Assembly: GCA_013239625.1 (NCBI GenBank)
Contig: MU053810.1
Location: 4,930,071 to 4,994,070 of the forward strand
Reading direction: 5' to 3'
DNA: 64,000 nucleotides
Source: Lama guanicoe
Taxonomy: Eukaryota
Of this stretch, positions 25,861-38,516 are shown piece by piece. Position numbers and translations under genes: made by a program. Within the stretch, counting starts at the first letter, position 1. Each line of letters starts with the position of its first letter. Under the pieces are notes generated by a model that was not told where the DNA came from, did not search any database, and worked only from the letters and a program-made list of their open reading frames with translations.

Positions 25861-26989
25861 ACGACGTAAGAATTACTTTCTGTAAAGACTGGAAGAAGGA
25901 AGCCTTGAAAAATCCTCTAATCAGTTTATAGGTAAGAACACTAAAATCCAGAGAATTAACAGAATTGTTCAGAATCCACACCCAAGAGGTGGCAGAGGGG
26001 ACAGATGTGCAGGAGCCTCGACTCAGTCCCAGGCTCTCTTTCCACCAGACCATCCAACTTGCCAAGCCGTTTCCCCCAACGCTGGGGAGGAGGTGATATT
26101 TGTAAGTGCTTCTCTCCTTGCAGTCAAGTCCAACCACCATCCGGCCAGAGGATCGACCATTCCGTCCAACTACATTCCGTTTGGTCTGTCCTTCTGAAAC
26201 CTGCCTTTTCCTTTAGAGATTTCCATTTCTTATTCATTTAAACCTGATTTCACTCATTAAAAGCTCCCAGGCAGGACGCCTAAGCCAAAAATGAGCAAGA
26301 CAGAGTCAGCCTCTGGGCTAAATTACAGATCCAGAAGCAGCCGGCTCGATGATAACCATCAACATAAACTAGCGGAACTCAACTACTTTCCAGCTCAACA
26401 GCGATTAGGCTAAATGACATTAATGATGCTACTTCTTAAACTTTACTTCAACATGAAACTCGGCTCACGGAGACTCACTGTTTATAATGATATTGCTTAT
26501 ATGAACACGGTGACCAACTCATAATAAATTTATGTTGATAGTCATATGTATTAGCAATGCTAAAGTTTCAGTATCAGAAGGGCTAAAGAAAGCGACTTAC
26601 CAACAAATCAACAATACAAAAGGCTTTACCTAAACCTCACAGCGACATCTAGTTACTGCAAACCCAATGCTCCCTTTTTATTATTTACCTTTCTTAGCCT
26701 GCTCATCAAGCTTTTATCTCTTCAGTCCTGCGTATCCATCATTCCAGACATTCCTTTCCCTTTTTCCCCCTTCCCTGCTCCTTTTTCCTTCCATTTTTCT
26801 CTACTACTCCCTAAATTGGCTATCAATTGGAAATATATATATATATATTCCAGTATACATACCAAAAAATTTTTACTGTTTACTCTACACTCTTAATACA
26901 GCTTTAGAATTACTAGTTTTAAAAGCTACTGAATTGAACATCACATCAAATCCTTCGGTACAGTGTGAGTAGTTAGGACAGGGTTTGAC

Positions 26990-27200
26990 CCCTCACCCCC
27001 AACCCCAGGTTTGCACCCCATTGTGCTCTGCAGCCTCTTGGCTGTATGGCCCCGGAAGTCACTTGACCCCCGTTTCACCTGTTTCCTCCCTGTAAAATGG
27101 GAACATGAAAATAGTATCACCTCTGTAGGGTTGTCATAAGAATTAAAGGAGGTTAACTATGTAGTGTCTGGCACATACTAAGCGCTCACTAAATGTTACC
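26990..27200 (+). mobile_element. MIR SINE (other MIR remnants near 4030-4260, 9690-9820, 11530-11750, 20760-20920, 31970-32130, 35000-35200, 39380-39540)
   Basis: MIR core gtttcctccctgtaaaatggg...gtgtctggcacatactaagcgctcactaaatgtta. Confidence 0.7.
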
Positions 27201-27875
27201 TACCTTTTATCTCTCACAAAATATTGAACTAAAACTCCTTGCAATGGTTTTCCAGCATGTTAGAGGCTTCGCGTTAAAAGGCTAGTCACAGGGGCACAGG
27301 GATGTTTTTCCTCTCTTCTGCCTAAGACCAGTAATTCTGAGAGTTACAATTTAGGCCAACAGTTCTCAAACACTACTGGTGAAATGGAGAAACAGTCTGC
27401 TTGGATTTCTCCTCACAATGATTAAATGATTTAGGAGGTCTCTCTCCTTGAACTCTCGGACCCCCTGGTTTTACCTGCAAACTCTACCCGTGGAGAACTC
27501 GCCATCTGTGCATTCTGGCACTGTACCCCCAAGCATGGAAGTGTTCCTGCTAATCTCACACTCAGCCTGCCCAGCAGCGTCTTCCAGCTGGTATCACCTA
27601 TACATCCGAGATCCCCTAACATCTCCAGCACCAGGCCATTTGCATGGAAGCGGGCAGTGCACACAGTGAGGGAGGAAATAACACAAACAGCACATCCCAA
27701 GGCTACACAGAGGGCTGAACTGGAGGTCAAGCCAAGAAAAAGGCCATTTACACCACTGTGCCTCACAAGGGAAAATCCTGGGGTCCTTAATAACCTGAAG
27801 TCCTCCTTTTCAAGCTACCTGAATTAAAATAATAAAAGACAGCTCTGGTGTCTTTTCTGTTAATAATGAAGAATA

Positions 27876-28575
27876 TTTGGTGCAACCATTTTGGAAAACA
27901 GTATGGAGAGTCCTCAAAAAAACTAAAAACAGACTTATCATATGATCCAGCAATCCCACTTCTGGGTATGTATCTGGAGGGAACTCTAATGTGAAAAGAT
28001 ACATGCAGCCCAATGTTCATAGCAGCACTATTTACAATAGTCAAGACATGGAAGCAACCTAAATGTCCACCGACAGAGGAATGGATAAAGAAGTTATGGT
28101 ATATTTACACAATGGAATACTACTCAGCCATAAAAAAGAATAAAAGAATGCCATTTGCAACAACATGGATGGACCTGGAGATTGACATTCTAAGTGAAAT
28201 AAGCCAGAAAGAGAAAGAAAAATGCCATATGATATCACTTATATATGGACTCCAAAAAAAAAAAAAGACACTATGAACTCACCTAAAAAACAGAAACAGA
28301 CTCTCAGACTTAGTAAACAATCTTATGGTTACCGAGGAAAGTATGTGGGAGGGGATAAATTTGGGATTTTGATATTTTAAAATGTTAGCCACTATATATA
28401 GATTTTTTTAAAGTTTGTTTTTTTGTATAGCACAGGTAACTATGCTCATTATCTTATAATAATCTTTAATGGAAAAAATATGACAATGAATATACATATG
28501 TATATGCATGATTGGGACACTGTGCTGTACACCAGAAATTAACACATTGTAATTGATGTACTTCAATTAAAAAAA
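27876..28575 (+). mobile_element. 5'-truncated LINE-1 with TSD
   Basis: ORF 28013-28276 is the L1 ORF2p C-terminus (MFIAALFTIVKTWKQPKCP...). Poly-A tail; TSD aataatgaag[a/c]ata at 27862-27875 and 28576-28589. Confidence 0.93.
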
Positions 28576-28764
28576 AATAATGAAGCATAAAACAAGAAAA
28601 GTTGACCCCTTGGTCTTTATGTTCAGGTATTCTGGATTAACTGGTCTTTTACCCAATGATTAAAAAAGCAGCATTTAACCACTTAGAATTTTTCTATGAA
28701 TACAATTATTTAAGTGATCTAATAAGTGGTAACACCATAATACTTGGCATTTGCCTTAATCTTT

Positions 28765-28946
28765 TGCTAACTGAAGCATAGTTGATTTACAATGTTGTGT
28801 TAGTTTCTGGTGTACAGCACAGTGTATTCATATGTATTCAGTTATACATATATACATTCTTTCTCATTATAGGTTATTACAAGCTAGTGAATATAGTTCC
28901 CCGTGCTATAGCGCAGGATCCTGTTGTTTATCTATTCTGTATATGG
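28765..28946 (-). mobile_element. Short LINE-1 3'UTR fragment with TSD
   Basis: Reverse complement of the L1 3' end. TSD tgccttaat[c/t]ttt at 28752-28764 and 28947-28959. Confidence 0.8.
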
Positions 28947-29059
28947 TGCCTTAATTTTTAAAAGAAGATACAATGTAAAGTAATATTTAAAGAAAAACAG
29001 TTAAATTAAGCATCTTTTAAAACAAACAAACAAACAAAAAACAGCTTTAACTCTTCCTG

Positions 29060-29212
29060 CAGGCAGAGCTTCAAAGTGCAGGAGAAATCATGGAGGATCT
29101 CGTTAAAATGCCAATTCTTAAGTCTGGGCTGGGACCTGAAAGTCTCCATTTCTCATGAACTTCCCAGCAGCATCGACACTGCTGGTCTGTGGACCACACA
29201 GAGCAGTGAGAA
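29060..29212. mobile_element. MER5A-like hAT remnant (similar remnants at ~37390-37465 and ~47020-47175)
   Basis: ttaaaatgc..attct..gggctgggacctga..ctgctggtctgtggaccacac motif. Confidence 0.55.
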
Positions 29213-30270
29213 TTTAAGATGCCTTAAGTGTCAAAAGGCCCTCTTCCCAATTTCCCAGTTTATCGAGGAAAGCCTCTTTCGACTGGTGTGAGAAGCAGCA
29301 GCTGGTTCCAACAGCTCTAAGGGACAAAGTCAGCCTTGTGCTCCCAACTGCTTCTTCATAATCAAGGAGGAGCTTCAAGGGGGAAGCAATTAAAAGAAAA
29401 AGTTCTCCGCCACCCTCTCCTCTGTCTTCCATTTGGTTTGCAGGGGTGAGAGAGGACACAGTTATGCCTGGGTCCTTGGTGCGGCCACCTACTGGTTTCC
29501 AATTCAAGGAAACAACCAGGATTCCTCTCTGACTCTCCTTCCCCTTAACAGCCTTACACAGAATGACTATTTCCGTTAAATGATAGTTTCCTAATTGTTT
29601 TTACAATATTTTTTCAGAGAAAAAAAGTCTCTTCTTTAGTGGTGTGATAATTTTTCCCTTCGTTAACATTTTATCACAGATTTGAATAGAACACTGATTT
29701 GGGAAGGAGACAAGCAGTAAAAACCTAAAGAAAGTGAAGCAGGTGTCCCCCAGAGATCTGGGAGAAGAGCATTTCAGGATGAGGGACCAGACAGGAAGAG
29801 CAAAGGCCCTGGGGTTGAAGAGCAAGGAGACTGGTATGGTCAGAAAAGAGTGAGGAGGGAAAGATCTAAGTGGAAACAAGGTCATGGTGATGACGGAGGA
29901 AGGGGGATAAATCACATAAGGCCCTTGGCTTTTATGCCAAGTGACCTGGGCAGTCTTTGGGGGCTTTGAGTAAAGAAATGCATTCTCCTGTTGAACAAGA
30001 TCAGACTGGCTGCTGAGCTAAACACAGATTGCAGGCTGTACACAAACATACACAAAGAATGATAATAATGCCAGGATCTCCCCTGCCTGGCACTTCCCAG
30101 AATATCGCTTCTGAGTTGTGCAATCTCACACGTCACCAGGCTTGTGGGAAAATCAATAGCTAGATGATGGGATATGTTCAGACATGAAGCTTCTAATGCC
30201 CAACTCCTTGTATCTGACCCCACTATCACCATACATTCGGCCCCTACTTTAAATACTGATCCGAGCATTT

Positions 30271-30995
30271 GAAATCAAAACTACAATGAGGTATCACCTC
30301 ACATTGGTCAGAATGACCAACATTAAAACATCCACAAATGATAAACACTGGACAAGGTGTGGAGAAAAGGGAACTTTGCTACTCTGTTGGTGGGAATGTA
30401 GTTGGTGCAGCCACTATGGAAAACAGTAAGAGGTTCCTTAAAGAACTAAAAATAGAGTTATCACATGATCCAGTAATACCACTCCCGGGCATATATCCAG
30501 AGGAAACTTCAATTTGAAAAGATACAAGCACCCCAACGTTCATAGCAGCATTATATACAATAGCCAAGACCTAAATGTCCATCAATAGATGACTGGATAA
30601 AGAAGGTGTAGTATATTTATACAATGGAATACTACTCAGCCATTTAAAAAGAATGAAATAATGCCATTTGCAGCAACATGGATGGACCTAAAGATCATCA
30701 TTCTAAGTGAAGTAAGCCAGAAAGAGAAAGAAATAAAGATACCATATGATATCACTTCCATATGGAATCTAAAAAAGAGACACAAATAAACTTATTTACA
30801 AAACAGAAACAGACTCAACAGAGATAGGAAACAAACTCATTGTTACCAGGAGGGAAAGGGGGTGGGAAGGGATAAATTGGGAGTTCAAGATTTGCAGATA
30901 ACTACTATATACAAAATAGATAAACAAGTTCATCTTGTATACTACAGGGAACTATATTCAACATCTTGTAGCAACCTATGAAGAATATGAAAAAG
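30271..30995 (+). mobile_element. LINE-1 ORF2 C-terminal and 3'UTR fragment
   Basis: IKTTMRYHLT...CWWE.. cysteine-rich region through the 3'UTR; similar to the 27876 element. Confidence 0.88.
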
Positions 30996-31212
30996 AAATG
31001 AAATTTCTCCACATATCAACATGGAAAAAAGAGAGAGAAACACAGGGCTCTTCTCTTCCTAACGTTGCTGTGGGAATTAACATTATTACCATCTATAAAA
31101 TTTAAAGTATCACTCATCTCTCACAAAATACAAGAACACTCTCCTCTCAAAGTCTTTCTCAATATAAGAGATGTCTTTTGTAAAAGTTATGCTTTAAAAT
31201 ATCATCATCCTG

Positions 31213-31408
31213 TTGTAGAATAGATAAACAAGATTACACTGTATAGCACAGGGAAATATACACAAAATGTTATGATAAATCACAGAGAAAAAAATGTGAC
31301 AATGAGTGTGTATATGTCCATGAATGACTGAAAAATTGTGCTGAACACTGGAATTTGACACAACACTGTAAAATGATTATGAATCAATAAAAAATGTAAA
31401 AAAAAAAA
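31213..31408 (+). mobile_element. Young LINE-1 3' terminal fragment with TSD
   Basis: aataaa followed by poly-A. Perfect 12-bp TSD atcatcatcctg at 31201-31212 and 31409-31420. Confidence 0.88.
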
Positions 31409-34400
31409 ATCATCATCCTGACCTGGTAATTTTGCTTCTGAGATTGTATCCAATGAAAATAATCCTAAACAGGAAAACAATTTTACTCAGAGATGTTCAC
31501 CATACTTTATTTCTAAGAGCAAAAAACTAGAAGCAATTTAAATGATAATTAAATACACATAAAATATTAACTATAATGTTACATATGTGTGCATATACAT
31601 ATATCTGCTGGCTAGAATATTATGCAGCCATTAAAAATGATATTACAACACAGCAGATAGTGCATAATATGATTAAAACTTGTAAAATACACACACACAT
31701 AGAAGGAAAAAAACACTGTGCATGGGAGAAACCTGGCGGTATACATATCAAAATATTAACAAGACTGGTACCGAACTAGGTAAATCATCTTTAATTTATA
31801 TTTTCCAATTTTTACATGTAACCATACATTTTATTTACAGTGGGTATTTTTTTTTTACAATTTAAAAAATTAACTTAATGGAACTGCTTTACTCCAGTCT
31901 ATTTCCAATATAAACTTCATAGAGCATCACCCCTAGGTATGCTGTATTAATGTAGAACGTATTAATAATAGTAAGCCTGTATTGAGCACTTCTCGTGCCA
32001 GGCTCTGTGTGAGATGCTGTAACCAGGTTACCTCATTTAAACTTCACAACATGCCAAGACGCAGGTGCTGTGAGAAATGCGGAAGGAGACAGAGGTGAGT
32101 GAGTAATGCCAGAGTCATCACAGAGCCAGCGCCTCCCACATCCTGCCCTCTTGTTCCCTCCTCTTCCTTCTCTCCCACGCTCCGCTCCCAACACCAGGCA
32201 GGAGCTTTCCAGAGGTATCCAGCAGCTTCCCTGGGCGCTGTTAAGCTTCGAAAGTAGAACTCAAATAAAACCGGCTGCTGCCCTAAGTCTTTCTATAAAT
32301 CAGAAATTACACACTGGAAGCTGAGAGCCACATCTGGCCACAGATGTGTTTTGCTTAGATCTCAGTATTTTGAAAAACTTGAATTAGTCATCATTTTTAA
32401 ATTAGGATGAATTCACGAAAAGATGCAAAGTTTTAGCTTCTCTTGAAAACTCGGCACTTTGACAACAGTAGGTCCAACATGGCATCCATCTCCTGAAGCT
32501 GAATCCCCAGTTAGCCACAGTCTTCACCAGCCCCTGTTGACCCACAGTTGAGTGTCTCCAATTCTCCTCACTCTTTTATGGAACTAGCCTAGCCCCAAAC
32601 GCACTGAGTCGGTGACTTCCACCAAATGCTTTAAGTAGTGTCATAAAAGCCACAGGAGATGTGGCCACATGCTATTTTTACTTCATGCTACGTTCTGCAA
32701 ACCCTCCTTCTGAGAGATGCCAGCAACTAAATGGCCCATTGTCAGATCGAAACCACAGTGTAAGGAGCAATAGCAATCCTGCAAAAGCCCAGGCCAAGGC
32801 ACGTCCAAAAGCGCTTTGTATTGCTGACTTACTGGATCAACTCACCCCTGGACTGCAACCCAAATACTCCTTAGGGATTAGCCAGAATGAAGACACCTTG
32901 ACAAGGTCCTGGGTCTCAAACTAGAAAGTTTTCTGATGATGGGACTAATAGGGTTAGTCATAGGGGCAAACTGGTTACCAAACACTAGATTTTTTTTTTT
33001 AATAAAGTTTCAGCTCTGGTAGGCTCCCGATATTATGAATTTTACATGCTAAGATAATTGGAGTATCTATCTTCTTTCACTCTCTAAGTAGCCATTTGAA
33101 ATCCATATTTTTACGGTAATGTAAATCCATTAGGGAGAGAACTAGAAAGTGCACTGAAGGATCAATCTTTCACTGGAAGAAATGTAGACTAAATGACCTT
33201 CTCCATCTCTGATTTCTCTGATACATTAGTCCATTGTGCCCAACGTAAACTATGAAAATATCTTTTCACCATCCCAGAATAAAGAGAATAGGCATAAAGA
33301 AAGGTTTTAGGGACCCAAAAGTCCTACTTGGAACTAAGTTCATGTCTCAAAAACTTCTGTTCATGCCATGGCTATGGGGGGGACTGAGAAAAGGTGGAGT
33401 GTGTGTGTTTTGGAGGGGTGGGGGGTGGGGTGGTACCTTTCACTTATCATTCACTGCTTTCAATATTTTAAATTTAGCTTTCTTCTAAATTCAAGCAATA
33501 CTAAAGAACTTTTTTAAATAACAAAGATGGACAACCACAAAGTGATTAACAACCTTTATAAGGTAAATAATTTGTAACATTCATTGATAACTGGAACAAA
33601 AGATATCAATCAGGTTTCTTCCTATTTTGTACAAGATACTTTTATGCTAAATATGTACAATACTATTTATGAATTACAAAAGCAGACTCTACCTGATAAT
33701 AACAATGTTGGCTGAAGGCTGAAGGGAGGAACAGTTTCTGCTTCTTAGGGAAGAAAACTCAAAAGCATATCATAACTATCATTAAAAAAAAAAACTGGTA
33801 AAGTTTCTCTATCAAAAAATTAACTATTTTCTCAAAAGCCTGTCTAGTAACAGAATTCAAAATAGAATTTACATTTAATCCCATAGTGAAAGAAATCCAG
33901 AATCGTATTTCATTACAAATGAAAAACCAGCCAAAAAGTAACTCATTCCAAATCTTGCCTACCTTCTTACAGATAAAAATATTAAGTGTCTCTAAAAATG
34001 TATAACATTTATCGCGTCAATTTTACTGCTTTAATTTTTCCTAGTTTCATTTTAATTTGTTCTAACTTCCCCTCCCCCACCACTTAAAGTTCTACAAATT
34101 AAGTCTCATTTGTGCAATTTCAGAGCTAATTTACTTCTTTTAGAGAAATCCACATGATTAGAGTTGAGATATGTCCTGTTAAACAAGTATTTCAATAAAA
34201 AGCAATAGCCTAAAGATTGCTTTTACTGTTAAAGGAAGACAGTGATTTCATAACCGGCATTTTCATTGATTTTTTTTTTTGCTTTATACATTCCAGCAGT
34301 TTTGAATTAAAAAGCAAATATACACACACACATATATATCTATATATATTTATCAGACAAACCTGACCACTCCACGCACAATACAGATTGCACAAGAAAC

Positions 34401-36781
34401 TCCAATTCTGGTTGCTCATGCAGTCTAAAATCCTGAACTGGGCCATGACTGCCTAGGGCGCAGCCCGCGCGTCTTCTCTGACTCAGCCTCTGTCGGCACC
34501 AGGGCTGCTGTGGGAGCTCTGCAGTGATGTGATCTGCAGACAGGCTCTTCCCCTCCCTCTCCTGCCCAAGCCCCGATGGCTGACTGGCAGAACTGCATCA
34601 TCCTCCTAAACACTGGTACCTTCGGACTGTTACATCATGAAGGAAAGACTTTCTCTAAAAAGTCGTATTCTGTATTTGTTACTACTTGCTTTTTTAAAAG
34701 ATTATTGCTTTTTCCTTCTCTCTGGGTATCACAGTCTAGCATTTATACATTCAATGAAATTACAACCTGGGAAGCCATGCCGACTGCACCCCACAACAAG
34801 GCTGAGGCGGCGTCAGTGAACTTTCCACCCCTTGGTGCTCAATCCAAAGGGTATCTCTTGGTCCTTCTGTCATCTCTCAGTACATCTTAATTGTAACAAC
34901 TCAAATGTCTCGTCCTGGGCACCGTGTTCCCACTCTCTCGGTTTCCTTCTTGCTTCCCTAACCATTCCTCCCTTGTAAAAACAAAAACAAAAACAAAAAG
35001 TGAGACCTTAGTAAGACAGACTTCACTTCAACTGCCACCTACAAATGTACAACCAGGAGCTAATGGCTTAATTTTTAGCTTCAACTCATTCATTTGTAAA
35101 ATGGAGACAATAACACTTCCTCTCTTGGGGTTTTTAGTATGAAATAAAACAACATCTGTGACATACTTGAAACAGTATCTAAGAAACATCTAATAAATGA
35201 TTATTACTGTCCTTACGATGGCTTCCTTCCTGTCTAATAAATCAGAATTCTACCTCTCAGATCTCACACTATCCCTTGATGATGTCATCCTCCTGACCCA
35301 TGAGTTTCATTGTGAATTACTTCCAAACCTCTCTTTAGCCCCACTCTTTCTCCCAAGCTCCAAATCTGCCTGTCTGAATTCTTGCACGTGTCCCTGGATA
35401 CCTTACGCCACGTGTCCAAAACAGAACTCATCTTCCCTTTCACAACCTGCCCCAGCTCTGCATCCCCCCACCTGCATAATGGCAGCACCACTCATCCCCT
35501 TGGTCACGCAAAGAGAAACCAGCATAATCCAGACTCCCTCTTCCTTATCTCTCATTTTCCGTTACTAACTCCTGGTGCTCCAACACACAGTAAACCTGTC
35601 CCCTTTCCCATCCCACTGTCACGGCCTCTACTGAGACCCCCATCAGCTTCCTCCTGGACCACCACAAGTGCCTCTAGCTGGTCTTCCAAACATCCTGTCT
35701 CACTCCCTTCTGGAGTTCTACCCATAGAGGACCACCTGAAGAATCTGAAGCCACAGCTAATCAGTATCTACCTGCCCAAGTCCCTTCCGTTGCTCACTGC
35801 TGCTACAGCAGTGTTTCCCAAGGTAGGGTGTTACTTCTTCTATAGGATATAGAATGTGAATTAGCTACGTTTAAAAAAAGAAAAAAAGAAAAGGCCTCCA
35901 ATGGCAAACAAGCGCAAAAAACCAGGTTAAACAAAAATAAATAAAGTTGCAAGACTGCTCAGAATCTAAGTAGGAAGGTCAGATTCAAAGGTCTCAAAAT
36001 CTAGAAAGTGAGCCTCCTGGAGAGCTTGTTTTCAACTAGTTTTTCTTAACATCTTTACTTGGTTTGTCGTCCTCTGTTCTTTCACTTAATTGGCGATGTT
36101 CCCTAGGGTTTTAACCTTGGCCTTCTCTCTCCGCATCCCTCTCAATGAGCTCATCTACTCCCCAAACTATAATTATAGTCAATGATGGCTTAACGGACCT
36201 CTACCTAACTGACTTGCCAAGAAACCAAAATTCTCAACTCCCGCTGTAGAAATACTGGCCAACCCATGGCAAGGTCCCCTCCTGTGTCTGGGGAGATTTT
36301 TCTCCAGCCACTTATTCCTGCTCCCATCAAACAAGATTCAAGCTTAACACAGTCAATTCATTTTTGCACGTATCTCTTTATGTCGGTTTTACTTTTGGTA
36401 TTGTTATTATGTAGCTTAGATGATACGGAAGCTGATGAAATGAGTAAAAATCAGAGTTCCTATTTCTATGAAAACCTGAAGGCTTTGAAAGCATCCAATA
36501 AAGGCTAGTGTTCACGTCTACATTTCTCTCTTCCTTGGTCTTGTATGTTTCTCTCCAGTGAGATATTAAAACTTCTCTGTAGCTGGGGCCATGGGGCATA
36601 TTCAGAAACTAAGTTTGTTCCCTCTGCCAGAATCTTCTCTCCTACCTGGAGAACTCCTACCTGCCTTAGCTTGAACACAATCTTCCCGGGAAGATTTTCC
36701 CCAACCTCCACATGAGGTGTGGTCTGCCTGATCTCCTCCTATAAAAACCCTCTCCACACTTGATTAGGATGACTTGTTCAG

Positions 36782-36913
36782 GAGGAGGGTGTAGCTCAAT
36801 TGGTAGAGCGCGTGCTTAGCATGCACCAGGTCCTAGGTTCAATCCCCAGTACCTCCACTAAAGAGGTAATTAAATGAACCAAACTACCCCCCAATAAAGT
36901 AAAATACATGAGA
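36782..36913 (+). mobile_element. tRNA-Ala-derived SINE (camelid Vic-1-like)
   Basis: tagctcaattggtagagcg...ttagcatg...ggttcaatcccc head. Perfect 13-bp TSD atgacttgttcag at 36769-36781 and 36914-36926. Confidence 0.88.
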
Positions 36914-37305
36914 ATGACTTGTTCAGTTGTTCCCACTTCCCACTATCCAAGTTCATCCACGGATGCAGAGACGAGATCGTGTCTGTATTTCCTCACTGCT
37001 GTATCCCCACTTAGTGTCTGGCACTTAGAAAGCACTCAACAAATAATCTGTTGAATCAGTTAAGAAATATGGAAGGACAACTCCGAGTGAAACAGGAATC
37101 TTTGGCACTAGAAGCAGCAAACCTGAATCATTTTAAGATAGAATAATTTTTATCTTGGGGTGTAAGGGGGTCATTATCACCAGTTGGGAGCAAAACACAA
37201 ATTGCTTCTTTCCTCAAATGATTCCACTAAGCTGTTGGAGCAGATGGGGTTCTAGCAAAATCCCTATGTACCTGCACTGACAGCATATGATCTTTCCCTA
37301 CCTCG

Positions 37306-37346
37306 AGATTCTGCACTTGATCTTAGCTGGAAGGCTGAGAAGCGCT
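37306..37346 (-). pseudogene. 3'-truncated U2 snRNA retropseudogene (5' ~41 nt)
   Basis: Minus strand AGCGCTTCTCAGCCTTCCAGCTAAGATCAAGTGCAGAATCT vs U2 5' end ATCGCTTCTCGGCCTTTTGGCTAAGATCAAGTGTAGTATCT (34/41). Flanked by direct repeats tacctcgag[a/g]ttctg at 37299-37313 and 37348-37362. Confidence 0.9.
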
Positions 37347-38059
37347 TTACCTCGAGGTTCTGAAAAATTCTGAAAGATAACTGGGAGGCGAGGGAAGGGT
37401 TTCAGGCATCTGATTCTCAAAAGCTCCTAGGTGATTCTCATAGACCTTACAGTTATGAACCACTAAACAAAAGTTCAGATCCCAAAAAAGGATCTGGAGG
37501 CTAAAAGCACAGCTATAATCAAGCTTTTATAAATCTTTCCTAAACACAGTGTGTAATTTAATAATAATAGTGTTGCAATACTAATTTTCTCATTTTGATT
37601 ATCGTACTACGGTTATTTAAGATGTTTATAGTAGGGAAAATCTGGATGAAGGATATAAAAGAACTCTGAACTGTTTTGCAACTTTTCTGTGAGTCTAAAC
37701 TTACTTCAAAATAAAAAGTTAGTATGAAAAAGACAATGAACAGTCAGAGCCCAGTAGCAATGAACATCTCTAACTTCCAGATGTGATCTTGCACATCACC
37801 CACCACGAGAGAGAAAAAAACAAAAAAACAGCAGGGCTTTTCAGAGGAATGGCTGATTCCAGGACTCGGACAGGATATATGCATAAAAGCTAACGCTGGG
37901 AAATCATACTGGACAGTAAGGGAACTACCAAAGACAATTAGGCTCATATATGAAGGACTTAGGAGGAAGCCTGAAGAGGCTACCGCAAGTCAAAACTGGG
38001 ACAAATGGAGATAGAGTAAGAAACGAAACATCCACCAGTTAATACTAGATAGATAAATA

Positions 38060-38070
38060 GCGCGCGCGCG

Positions 38071-38107
<37 letters not shown>
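38060..38107. repeat. Compound (GC)n(CA)n microsatellite
   Basis: gcgcgcgcgcgcacgcacaca...cacacgt, 48 bp of unbroken purine/pyrimidine alternation. Confidence 0.95.
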
Positions 38108-38109
<2 letters not shown>

Positions 38110-38249
38110 CCTCTGAAACTTGGTTAGGGTACTGATTCATTTCCATAAATAAAAGGAAAGAATGAAAAAAAGAAAGTCATAGTGTCATACGATTACTAGA
38201 TAGTTTCCCAATATGCACAGTTTACTTCTAAAAAAAATTAGGTAATATG

Positions 38250-38516
38250 TATCTATAATCCTACATTGACACTTCTCAAATTCAAATAGCTCTGAAAGTC
38301 AAAACATTTTTGCAACTCACTGATAGCAAAACCTGCCCTGCCACGAAGCTCTTTCTAAGTCCTTATTAGTATAAATATTCATACATTTTATAGCAGAAAT
38401 CACTACTCTGATAACTGGGGGCAGTCCCGAAACCTGCCTCATCTCACATTTCTAAAACATGAAAACTTCTGAATTCTGAAAAACCCAGGGGTTTTGGATA
38501 CTGGATTATAGATCTG
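38250..38516. mobile_element. MER96B-like DNA transposon remnant
   Basis: tttctaaaa..gaaaacttctgaattctgaaa..ggttttggata..ggattatagatctg end motif. Confidence 0.45.

Noticed and set aside
28013..28276. 87-aa ORF with a real-protein appearance
   Set aside because: C-terminus of L1 ORF2p in a 5'-truncated insertion, not a host gene.
36782..36856. Possible tRNA-Ala(AGC) gene (also 3207-3283)
   Set aside because: TSDs, a SINE body and tail, and stem mismatches indicate a SINE.
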